Origin: Malacoraja senta | Taxonomy: Eukaryota | Direction of reading: 5' to 3' | Assembly (NCBI GenBank): GCA_038087875.1 | Contig: CM075978.1 | Span: forward strand, 165,602,001-165,666,000 | Length of the DNA stretch: 64,000 nt | Shown here: piece by piece, positions 38,550-51,009 of the stretch | Layout: every line of letters starts with the position of its first letter | Numbering within the stretch: position 1 is the stretch's first letter | Notes under the pieces: generated by a model | What the model was told of the DNA's origin: nothing | The model's database searches: none | What the model saw: the letters and a program-made list of their open reading frames with translations, nothing else | Position numbers and translations under genes: made by a program

Positions 38550-41545
38550 TACCTCTGATTTTCCATTTCCATCCTCTTCTCTCCTTATCTGATATCCTTT
38601 TGTCTCCATTTTTATCTCTAGCCTTTGTCCACCTATTTTCCAATCAAACCCTCTTCCAACTTCCTCACCTGTACCCACCTATAACTTGCCAGGTTTTGTC
38701 CCACCTCCACTTCTTTTCCAGCTTTCTCGCCCCTACTACAATCAGTCTGAAGAAGTCCCAACCTGAAACATCCTCCAGAGATGCTGCCTGATCTGTTGAA
38801 TTTCTCGAGCATCTGCAGTTCCTTGTGTCTTCCCTATTGATCTGTTGTGGTGAACTATAGTGGGTCCAGGTCTGTATTGAGGCAGGTGTTGATATGCATC
38901 ATAACCTACCTAATTGCCTTCTAATTGATTATTTTCACATGCGTATTGATTTTCAGTGACTTGTATGCACTACTCTCTTTGAACATTAATGCTACCCCGA
39001 ATCACATTATTTAAAAAAAATCAACACTGTACCTGCCATGTAGATTGAGTTTAAAGACTGAGGCCTTCCACCTCTGAAAGTTTTCTTTTTTATATTGGAC
39101 TTTGACTGCATCTTTACTGCATTTAACATGATGACATTACTGGGCGGATGATTTTGCATCAGTGCTACTTTTGCAGCAGACATTTACTGTTCAAGATCAG
39201 ATAAAAAGTGAAGCACAATACTTTATGAATTGCTACGCTGATTTAGACCATACTTCTTCTGTGATCTCCGAACATTGTAAAGGTTATTTTATGGTTGTGT
39301 GGACTTGATTTAACATCAGCTGAAGACTTCAAGGCCAAAAAATCTGACACAAATGAATATAACATGAGGAATTCTCCACTTTATTTTCCTCATATTCCCT
39401 GAGTAGCCGAGATGGAGTGCAACCTAAATTGAATAGAGAACATGAAGAGGTCCTTCAAAGCCCAAAATGAATCCGAAATTAGAAAATGTATTGAATTTTC
39501 ACCATTCATTGTAAGTGTCTCTTGAATTACATGCTTCAATCAAAACTGTGAGGACCTGGGTGTAATATATTGTCAGCCATTTCTATTTGACATTAAAGCA
39601 GCTTCCATGAGACACAGTATTGCAGTATTGCTCTGTTCCTCTCACTCCCACATTTGCAGGCACTCTCCGGTACTACTGTTCATCCTCCACCCACCAACAT
39701 TTACTGAAAAAAATGAGACAAAACGATTTGCGTTTGGTTAATCCCAGTGAAGAGGTCAAATCTTCCTCTTTCAGTAGACACAAAGTGTTATTACAATTTC
39801 TTTGAAAACCCGGCACTGCCTTTGTAAAATGCCAGATCACTCTGTTATCCAAGGACTATGCTTCCATTGATAGTTAAGAAAAACTGACTTCCCACTTTGC
39901 ACACCATAGAAATGTATTAAAGATGATTAAAAAAAAAAGTTTAAATAGATAAAGACGCCCAAAAAAACAACTGTATTTTCAACAAATAGGATCTGCGTTC
40001 AATGCTTAAGCTTCAAAACAGAGACAGAATGGAATGATTGCATTAAGACAGATTGGTACAATCCTTTCCCCAACCCCTAGTGGTTTTGTCTATTAAACTA
40101 TGTTGTTTACCATTCAGAACAGCTTAACATTCAATAGTAATATTGAAATATATAATTTCATTCTGTATCTTTTAATCTTGCTTTTGATTGTTACTATGCA
40201 GTTAAGATAATTTTACTCAAATTACTATTGAATTGCATTGAGTTGATGTACACCTCTGTTGCCATGTAAGATGCAATTAAACTGATTATAGTCAAGAACA
40301 TTACTGTGCAATCAGAAATATGATTTAACACAGTTTTGGGAGGAGTTTAATAAAGGCCTAACTGTATGTTTATTTCAATAGATAGGATTAATAAGAGTTG
40401 TGATTGTAATGTGATGATTAAGTTGTCAGCATGGGAAATTACAGTGAAGGTAACAGAGCCAGCAAGAGTGGAAGATACTTGCTGGCAAACATATTTCAGA
40501 TGAATAAATTACAGATTTTGTGGCTCGGTGTTTTCATTACCCAAACAAAAGATTAATGAGTGGAAGTTTATTATGATTACTGGGCTCCCTTAAACACAAG
40601 AAGGACATTCTAAGGCCCAGTAGATATGGTCCTCAGGCAGGTTGTTGGTAAAGTACAGGTCATTCTATATTCAAGCGTGGCAAAGGAATAATTGTGGTCC
40701 AGCAGTATCCCAGCAGAGTGGGGTGGAATGCACCCACTCTTCCTGATTACACACAATGTCTTTTAAAAGAAAGGGTAGCCTTTTGTGGCAGCTGATTGTT
40801 CAGTCCCATCCTGTTCGAGGCAACCGTTTCAGAATGGGTCCTTTTTAGGCCCTTCTTTAGCATTCATGAAGGACTAACGCTTGCTTCTTATTGATGCCGT
40901 GGTAGGGTTGTCAATATTGTGTTATGGGGCAGAATTTTCACCTCAACTTTACTCTATAGGGATTGTTTGCAAAGTATCTGGTGGTACTCATTTACATTCG
41001 CTTAGAATATGTCTTTGTGCATTCGACAACACACAGCAATCTACTTGTACAGAAGTGAAAGTACTGACTAAATTTAGGAGTAGCCAACTTTCCATTGAAA
41101 TGCAGAGCACATGTGGTAAAATGAGACTGGCGGCAACCCTATCTCAGGAGCTCCTCTTTATTCTCCAAAGTAAAATAATGCTAAGCATATTTCTGATGCT
41201 GTTAAGCTTAGCAGGGTGACACCTATATTAGATCTCTATATTCCCAACTTCCATCTGGAAAATGGAATCAGCTACAACAACGTTAAATTGCTACCCCAAA
41301 ATCTTTGAAGATTAAAAGCAAAGCAAGGAAGATATTGTTACTGTCATTTTGAGGGTTTAAGCTGGAGGGAGAAAGGCTGATCAGCCATCATCAGGAAACA
41401 TCACAACCAGTGATGTTGATCAAGACATTGATGAGAACTAAAATAATTCGAATAAGGCTAGTTTATCATAAGCAGCTTTTTCTTACAAAACATTTAAACT
41501 GATTTGTTTGAAGTGCGTTCGTTAGGCTACGATGGCTTAGTCAAG

Positions 41546-41600
41546 CTGAGGGTATTTTAGATGTTCCTTTGCCTGAGGGTATTTTAGATGTTCCTTTGCC
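41546..41600. repeat. Perfect 27-bp tandem duplication
   Basis: CTGAGGGTATTTTAGATGTTCCTTTGC x2. Confidence 0.95.
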
Positions 41601-41919
41601 AGTCAGCATCATTAAAGGTATATCTACAGTATACATTATTGGGTTCATGTTTGAATCTTTATTGTCCTGTCCATTCTTAGAGGAGCTGGGTGCTAAATTT
41701 GTCCTTCAAGGAGGCCAGAGGCAAGGAAACTAATTGGTACATTTTAAAAGTTATTAAACTTTAAATAAAGCTGTTGACTAATGTATGCCATTTATATTAG
41801 TAATTGACTCAGTGGAGCCATTCAAAGTCATTTTCCATTATTTAAATCAGCTATTCATATTACTTGCCGTTATTTTTGTAATAAAGCCAGTTTCAACTAC
41901 ATGAATAAAATTTTATCAG

Positions 41920-41932
41920 GTTGCTATGCAAC
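41920..41932. promoter_or_regulatory. Candidate RFX X-box palindrome
   Basis: GTTGCTATGCAAC in a repeat-poor intronic island; motif match only. Confidence 0.3.
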
Positions 41933-44050
41933 ATTTTTTTTCTCTTAATGGAAAAGCAAATAATAATAATGTTATAAGCCGCTGCCCCCATTGTAATAGG
42001 CCATTGGGGATTTTACATTTACGACTGTGTAGAAATTTAAATCATTATTTCACTTTGGGAAAAGTAGTGTAATTTTGAGTGAACTTTTTCACCCATGCGG
42101 TAGATTGTACCGAAAGCAGAAACGGTTTCCAGTTTTAACTTCATTTTCACTTCTGTTATGTGATGGCACACAATGTACTTTTTTTTCTCATTTATCTTTT
42201 CACCAGCATTTTGATTTTGATCCAGTCATTGTTACTATGTAGATTCTGGTTGGCGGGGATAATTATAATGCTTGAAGGTAGAATTTAACAAGTCACATCA
42301 GGTTTTATTTTTCCTACCACCATAGTCAAAAGCACGGACTTGTGGATTCAATGTAAAATGGCAGGGCTTTTGAGCACAATGAAATACCTGTAGAAATTGA
42401 ACAAATGACAGAAGGAATTTTTTGAACCATACCAGATTACCACACAAATTTAGATTGAATTGTTCTCTGAAATTGACAGTTGTGTGTTACAGCAGTACGA
42501 TTCATGTTTGCAAATATAAATGCTGTAAATATTCATATTAATTCAAAACAAAGAAAAATATATTTTGTTTATAAACGATGTGAAAAAAGACGTTTTTTTA
42601 AATCGCATTTATTAGCCCATATCCTCATTTTCATATTTTTAAATATTAAAATTACTTAAAATCATGCATTAAAATATTGAACAAAACATTTTAGCAATGC
42701 AGTGTTCTCAGCAAACTGCAGAATTGGCAGAGAACCAGATCATCATTTTTGCATACAATTTATGGGTTATTTGTGTTGCTCTTGTGTATAATGGAACAGT
42801 GGAAGTAAGTGTTGAGTTTAGGTCACAGTCATGCATATATTCATAATATGGTAATTCTAGGTCAGAGCTTCAGGGACATGTGTATCAGCTTTGGGTGCAC
42901 TAAAGCCACTCTCTCACATAGATAGCACTGGAGAAAAACTGTGTACCATTAAATACGAGTAAGAGAATAAACTGGAATTAGAAACTGAGGAAGTGAAAGC
43001 TTCGGCATGTTTAAAAATATATAATTCATACTGCTTCTATTTACAGTATGTTTACGACCATTGAAATGGTGTATTGTGTTTATTAATCCTATATGAATCT
43101 AAAACAAGAAACATGAGTATCAGAATGTAAAGTTATTCTTTTTTCAATATCAATTTCAATTTTCAATAATTTTTCAATATCAATGATTCTCATAAGTTCT
43201 AGGAGCAGAATTCGGTCATTCGGCCCATCAAGTCTACCCCGCCATTCAATCATGGCTGGTCTATCTTTCCCTCTCAACCCCATTCTCCTGTCTTCTCCCC
43301 AAAACCCCCTTACTAATCAAATTAACCTAGCACCATTGATCCTTGCACTTTGCAGAGTTACCCAGTCAGTTGGAACCCAGAAACTTCACAGTCTGCTTTA
43401 TTTGGAGCTTAATAATGAGCTTCCAACGAGCACTGCATATGTAATTTACAATATGGTTCACTAAGTAAGGGGGGAAAGATTTAAGGTGAGGGGAGAAAGA
43501 TTTAACCGGAGCTTGGGGGTTAACTTTTTTACACAAAGGGTGGTGGGTATATGGAATGAGCTGCCAGAGGGGGTAGTTGAGGCAGGTACTATCATAACAT
43601 TTAAGAGACATTTGGACAGCTACATGGATAGGATAGGTTTAGAAGGATAAGAGTCAAGCAGGGCAGAAGGCATGTTGGTCAGTGTGTGTGAGTTGGGCGA
43701 AAGGGCTTGTTTCCACATTATATAATGCTATGACTTATATGACTCTATAAATTAGTGTACAAGGGTGGAATGCCTTTGAGACAGGATCGGAAATCAGTTT
43801 CTCTCAACAATGATTAATTAATTGTGAGGAGAACAATTAATTCTCTCCACAATAATTATAAAAAATTATTATTCCTCATGGCTGTGACACTAATTACAAG
43901 CACCATTACCAATTTCATCCAAGGCTATTGATACAAGAATGTAACAAGGCAAGTTGATTGTTAATAGGTACATACCAAATAAACACATTGAATGCAAGAA
44001 ATTGTAGGACAGAAATCAAGCAAAAGTCCCCAAACCAATGTGTCAAATAA

Positions 44051-47000
44051 AATAGTGAGATTAAATGAGAACTTACCAGTTTGAAGTTTGATCTTTATTT
44101 TATGAGGAGTTACGTTGATGATTACGTGAAGAAGACCCATCAGGGCGCATGCGCGTCAATCTTCAAAGCAGCGGTATGAAATCACAGATAACACAATATT
44201 TGAAGTAACATAATAAGATGAGCAACATGAGAGCTACCATATGACCTTTTTATGAGAGAGGGTTGGGCGTGGCGGGCACGTAATCACCAACGTAACTCCA
44301 CATAAAATAAAGATCAAACTTCAAACTGGTAAGTTCTCGTTTAATCTTACTATTTTACTTTGGAGTCACGTGAGTGACTACGTGAAGGGTTCAAAGCTCT
44401 GTGATTTTATGCCGCAGATCCAAATCCCGGCTTCTCACTGCATTGATTGACATTCGATGAGAAACAATCAATAATGCATTAAACATGAAATTTGAATATC
44501 ATGCAGTAACAATTGATTTGAATAATCAAAACAAACAGTAACCCCTCTATCCCAGGGGAAACTTAAACAGGACTTAATCCTGAATTTGCAAACAGCCTCT
44601 CGCCGATCGGCAATCAGCCGATGGTAAAAAAAATGTTAAACAATTCATTTGACCACCCGGCACCTGTAAGAATATGGCCGATGTGAACATCCATCGCCCT
44701 AGCCGACGACGTTGCTGCTACACTAGTGGAAAAGGATATATACACGTCAGTGTTAATATCTGCCTGAATCAACATTTGCTTTAAACCACCTTGAGATAGT
44801 CTGCACTGACATTCTCCTGTGTGGCTACATGTAACTGATAAACAATGCTGTTTCCACACTTCTTAAGGTCTTTATAGCTTCAATATAATGAAAATAAATG
44901 TGCCATTACACATAAACATGGATCAGTAGGTTATGCTGAAACACAATTTTAACAAACCTGTGACACCTGGCCTGCTCTGTTAGAGCAGGACGCAAATATA
45001 TAAAATAACATTCTCTTCAGCAACTTCCATCCTGTCTAGCAGAAGTTTTTTCGAAATCTGCACTTGCTTTGCTGAACCAATGCCATGAGCATAACCACTT
45101 TCATGATTAGTTTGGCCAATTCAGAGACGTGACAGGAACCTACTGTCAAAGCATCTTGATGACCACACTTACATCCCAGATCGCCATATACCTGGGTTTA
45201 GGAGGTTTAGAGTTGAAATTCCTTTCATCAATCCAGCTATGATATGATGAAACCCAATAGGATCTTTCCTGACCCCATCAAAACCATACAAGGACAAAGC
45301 ACTTAAAGCTGTATTAATGGTGCTATAACTGAGCCCCTCATCATCGTAGAGTGTCAACAGGAACTAAAATATCCACAATACCTGCAGTACTTTAGTCAAT
45401 ATTATTTTGTACACAATATTGCTCCCATTTTTTTACTTAAGTAATATACCCCTTTTGAGTACTCTTTCTCCAGGCTACAGTGAGCATGTCCACCGTTCGC
45501 CCAGACAGTCCTTGCCCCAGGTATGGCCTTCTTAAAACCTGCAAATTAACAAGTCAATACGATCGCACAACAGATGACTTTCCCGTGTTAGTGGATGCGC
45601 TAGTCAATTCCTACGCTTGGGAACCATCAAAAAGAGGTTGGATCCCTAACTGTAACATCAAAGGGAACCATGCTTGATTCAGCCAATTAGGTATTACAAG
45701 CACCCCCAAAGCAGCATCCTGCTTGATTTCTTGCAGACTCCGACCTATTAGGCAAAATGGTAGGAAAATATATAAAACATACCACCCCAATGTAACGACA
45801 AAGTATCAATTGCAACTGCCCCCTGGTCTGGTTCCCATGAAACCTATTTAGGCTGCTGATGGTTGAACCGATGCAAAACAAATCGATATCTGGCATTCAT
45901 ATATAAGTACTATATTATTGAACACCTCCTGGTTCAACATCCAATCTGTGTTGTCATGGAACTTTCGTGACTTGGCGTCTGCTACTATGCAGAATCTACC
46001 TGGTAGATAAATAGCTGAAATATCTTTTTCAATGCACCAGGCCCAAATTTGATTAGCCAATCTGTCACAATATACCACCTTGATTCCACCGATGTGATTA
46101 ATATATATGCCACTTGCGTAGTATTGTCAATCCGAAACTGAACATGCATATTACATTTGTTAGAGCAATAAGCCTTATCCATAAAAACCTCTTAATAGTT
46201 AATTGCCCATGTCTGCAGAAGTGATGCCTCTTGCTCAGTCCATCTGCCTCCACAGCTGAAACTCATATCCGTGACACCCCACCCGAGTGCACTGACATTC
46301 ATCTGCAAAATCATGGAAGGCTGGTCAAGCATTACCTTGCTATAACTCCTGGACACATGGTGAATCCACCATTGCAAATCAGAAACAGCCTTTCCTGATA
46401 AATGCATGGGTCTATTAAAATGACCCGAATGTATCCTTAATGCCTCCATTAGCTTGATACAGCTGTCAATTAGCTCTACCCTTTTTCCCTGGGCAGAGTC
46501 ACTTAATTGAATCAATTGTGACCCAAATAGTCAGGTGTTAATTTGGATTTCTCTGGATGGATAATGCCCAATCTTTGAAAATTGGATTTAACAACGACCA
46601 CCGGTTACTTCAGCTGTTCTCTTGGATACCCCTGTAATCAAGATATCATCGAGATAAGCCATGAGCACCTGACCCTGGCCTCTCAGCATGCCTATTATAG
46701 GTTTTAACAATTTTATTGCCATAGTTGATCCATCCAGGTGAATTTCAAATCCTTATCCTGCAAATAAACAGACATTGAGTAATGCACATCTTTAAGCTCT
46801 ATAGTAGCCATATAGCATCCTCTTGACCCAGTTGCTTGGCAGTGACAATTCGATCTTACAATGTCTATACTACATCCCCCATCCTTTTTTGGCCTGGGAA
46901 CATATTAGACACAAATTGATGGGGTTGGTGAACCAACTTTACAATTACACCTTTATCACCTTAGCTTCCAAGCGCAGTCTAACATCCATCTATTCTGATA

Positions 47001-48730
47001 ATGAAACTGAATAGTTCTCCCAGGAACATGCTGAATGTGCAAATCACAATTTGGATTGAACTCCATTCGAAACCTTTGAATAACACTCTGTATAAACAGA
47101 GCTGAGGTAATTTGCTTCCATTCATCCCAGAACAGATGTAATGTACCCCAGATTTAAGTTGTGTCACATTTGATATGTGCACCTGAGAACCAGGCCCACC
47201 TACCTCCTTGGTACCTGGTGGATGATGTTGTCCCCGGCTCCTGGCGGGAAAGCCGATGTTTGACCATGTTCCCGCTGCAGAATGCACCTGCGCATCTGCA
47301 TTGCCGGCCGACTTGTTCCTGGTCAAGCCTCGTTTGTAGGGGTACTTTCTTTTTTGGAAACTTGCCGACTGCCGGTGGCTTGATCAAGCCCACCGTCTTT
47401 GCCTCGTCATCCATGTCCTTGACACTCTTGGCGAGGTCCTCTCTGAAGAGTACGTTGGCCGGCTGTATGTTGCTGGGCTGGAAAAATACTGCAATCTTGG
47501 AATTAATGGTGGGCCGAATGGCACTTTCCCTGAGAGAATTTATCTCAAAATGGGTGCTACAAAGCAACCCTAGTACCTCTTGCTGCGTCTCCGACACATG
47601 CCCTTCATCCACCGTTCTCGCGAACGACGTGATTCCTGAGCCAAGTAATTTCAGGATTCTCTGCAGCTTCATCTCCTGGGCACTGCTCCCCACACCCATC
47701 TGGCTCCATATCACCCGGTTCACTGCTGGCACTTTCAGCAACTCACAGTTACCCTGGTCCCCTGTTTCTTGGTGATTCCAGACTCTGACTGGACAGCGAA
47801 TCGTACTGCCAGAGATGGGAACTCTAACAAAGGCCGTCTTCGCTTTCCCAGTGGCACTCCATACAAGAGTCGGGTCAGAACTGAGCTGACCCTCTGCAAG
47901 CGCCTTTTCAATGAGGGTGCTATCCAGCAGCCTCTATATTGTGGAGGCCAGCTCTTCTCCCAGTGGTACTCCATACTCTGACAGGACAGCGAATCGTGCT
48001 GCCAGAGAATAGACCTCTGACAACGGCCGTTCTTCGCTAAGTTCCAAGTCTCCGTCAGAGTCGGGGTCAGAACTTAGCTGACCATCTGCACTCACCTCAT
48101 GCATGAGGGTGCTTTAAGCAGCCCTCTACCAGGTGCTGCCGGCGTGGCCTTTCTACAGCCTACCACCCACACGACTCCTCCCCCCGGATTGTGCGTTTCT
48201 GGAGCAACCTCTTAATGAGGTGCTCCATTTGGGAGAACCATTTAAAAAATGTCTCCAGCCCTGTACAGGCTCGTTGTGGCCCGACTCAGTTGAGTCCCAG
48301 GGCCTCCCAGACTTCCCCGTGCCTTACGCCCGACTGGCGTTGGCTTTGGTGCTTTTTAGCACTAAGTCTGAAGTCGCCCCGCTCCCGGTCGGCGACTGTG
48401 CAGGGGTACGAGGCAGCCGCTCACAGGCCGCATTCCCGCGGTTCTCCTATGCTTTACCTGCGGCTGCCCTCCCTCTGCTCGTCTTCACCATGGTGCTGCC
48501 TGTAACAAAAAACACAGAGCACGGCACCACAGCAAAGGAACCTTTCACTCCAGCTAAGTTTCCCACTTAGCTGGAGTGTTAAAACTACTTTAAAAGTACT
48601 TCAAAAGTAATTACCACAGGAGGAGTTCTGTCCTCCCGCTGGTCCGTGCGCCATTGCGTCCGACGTAATGACGCGCATGCGCCCTGACGGGTCTTCTTCA
48701 CGTAGTCACTCAAGTGACTCCGAAGTAAAA
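44051..48730 (-). mobile_element. DIRS1-like retrotransposon, full-length, degenerate (copy B, different subfamily)
   Basis: ITRs 44125-44160 / 48667-48702; ICR 44277-44387; gag ORF 47154-47741, RT MAYLDDI ~46640, RNase H DNTTQVAYI, MT PDIDLF, YR GAGWSNE. Confidence 0.9.
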
Positions 48731-49638
48731 CAAAATGTTGTAACTATATCCAGAAGTTAAAGCTTATTAATGCTCCCCTGTAATTTGTTGCAGTCTCCCT
48801 CAGTACACAGTATCTTTCCCAATTTGATATCATTTGCAAATTTGAAACAGTGCTCTTAGTTTCACAGTCTAACTCATCAATGAAAGTTGTGCTCTCCTTG
48901 TACTGATCCTTGAGGAATACCTCTACACACCACCTTCTGCAGGAAACAACTACCCTTTACTGCTACACTCTTTTCTGCCTTGAAAGCAGCTAGCACCAAT
49001 TTGCTACTTCTCCTATGATTGTCTATCCTCTCCTCATAATCTGGTCCTCTTGCCAGCCTGCCATCTGGGACATCCACCTCCTTGTTGTCACTGCACATTC
49101 CTTCTCTTAATGGCATTAACCTTGTGACTACCTTACAGAAGGTCCAATATGGATCATACTAGTAATCAAACCATTGCTAGAACCTCAATTAACGGAGCAG
49201 TGTTTATCATCTATTTATGTGTTGAGGAAGGTGAGGCATGTTCCTGATAAAATGTGTGTGCCATTTCTGCAGAAAATAAAACAATGACTTAAATTGTTAA
49301 TTCCGTTTCTTCCTCCACATAAGATGCCTGATCTTCTGAATATTCCCAGGACTTTGGTTTTATTTTTCTTTCACAGTAAATAAAATGTAGTTGGGTTATT
49401 CTATATAAGACATTTCTTAACTTTTTTTTGGCCAATGAAAAATAGAATAATATTTGAGTTTGTGGTAATATCAGTTGGTTAAATCTTTTAGGATATTTCA
49501 GTTATTTGTTGGTTTAAAACGTAAGTGAATGTTGAGGAGATACAACATCATCTTAAAGTGCATAGAAAATTAGATTCAGTTATTTTGATTTATGACTGAA
49601 GCCTCGTCTTAGTGACAGCAATGTATTTTTTCCTTCAG

Positions 49639-49821
49639 TTTCAAGCTACAGTGAATGAAGGATTTACTGGCATCATAGTAAATCTTACAGTGGAGGACAA
49701 CGATGACCCTGCTACTGGTGCGTGGAGAGCTGTCTACACCATCATCAATGGAAATCCTGACAGGAACTTCAAGATTGAAACCAATCCGAAGACTAACGAC
49801 GGGATGCTATTTGTCGACAAA
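49639..49821 (+). CDS. CDH13: Cadherin-13 internal coding exon, EC3 (183 bp)
   Basis: ttccttcAG acceptor, GTAAGT donor at 49822. [61 protein letters not shown] splices in frame to the previous exon. Confidence 0.95.
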
Positions 49822-50206
49822 GTAAGTATCTTTTTAGTTACTAGTCTGTCATACATTCTGGTGTTATAGGAGGACAGCTGGAAATTGGACACAAAGAAAG
49901 ATCACGAGATTCCTTGCAGTTAAATCAATGTGGCTAAATTATTGAAGGTACACAAATCACTGCCGATGAGAAGGTTAGTACTTCCTTCTTTCAGGGGGAA
50001 TCATATTCTTTATATATTTTCTTCATTTTTCTTATTCTCTTCATCAATCATCAGAGATGCTGATATATTTTTGTTTAGTTCCACAACGATGGGTCATTCT
50101 TGAGCATATTGGTGGACAGTATTTCTGATCCAGTTGTAGGATATGTAAGAATTTTTTAATGCTAGCCTATTATATTGACAAACAAATTTTAAGGTTAGAT
50201 CATTAT

Positions 50207-50925
50207 GGGCGGCACAACAACAGAGTTGCTGCCTTACAGTGCCAAAAATCCTGACTACTGGTGCTGTCTGTATGGAGATAGTGCATTCTCTCTGTGACTG
50301 TGTGGGTTTTCTTGAGGTGCTCCGGTTTCATCCCACATCCCAAAGACGTACGGGTTTGTACATTAATTGGCTTCAGTAAATTGGAGGATTAACAAACTCA
50401 TCAGGAAGGCTGGCTCTGTCCTGGGGGCGGAGTTAGATTCATGGGAGGTGGTCTTGGAGGGGAGGATGCTACTCAAACTGGGGAGCATCTTGGAGAATAC
50501 AGTTCACCCTCACCATGACACACTGGTCAACCTGAGGAGTACCTTCAGCAACAGACTGGTTCACCAAGATGCAGTACTGAATGCCACAGGAGATCCTTCT
50601 TCCCTGTGACTATCAAACTGTACAACTTCTCCTCCTTCTGTCTTAGGGCGGACTGACTCTCTCCCCCCCCCCCCCCCCCCCCCCCCCAATCTTTGCACAT
50701 CATCAATCCTTTCCACTCATCACTATAATTTCATGTGTTTCATGTATCGTGTTTTATGACTTGGCAGATTAATTTCCTCCGGGGATAAATAAAGTTCTAT
50801 CGTATTTTATCGTAAATTGTCCCTAGTGTGTAGGATTGAGTCAGTGTATGGGTGATCGCTGGTCGGCGCAGACTCAGTGGGCCGAAGGGCCTGTACCCAC
50901 GCCTTATCTCTAAAGTCTAAAGTAA
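50207..50925 (+). mobile_element. HE1-like V-SINE (split by Rex fragment)
   Basis: As above. Confidence 0.8.
50384..50811 (+). mobile_element. Rex/Babar 3' fragment nested in a V-SINE
   Basis: 8-bp TSD GTAAATTG (50376-83 / 50812-19); NKLIRKAGSVLG..., HPHH motif; aatttcctccggggataaataaag tail. Confidence 0.8.
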
Positions 50926-51009
50926 ATCTTCTGCAACTAGGTTTACATTTCATAGACTTTCCATATGTTGAGAAATAAACGCCTTCATTGCCTACATCGC
51001 CTACAAAGA

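Noticed and set aside
43800-43880. AT-rich imperfect hairpin (miRNA-like)
   Set aside because: Short, low-complexity stem; no supporting features.
12954-49638. Additional CDH13 exons or a nested gene in the long intron
   Set aside because: The flanking exons join in frame into continuous cadherin sequence, and no other ORF shows non-transposon protein similarity that I can recognise.
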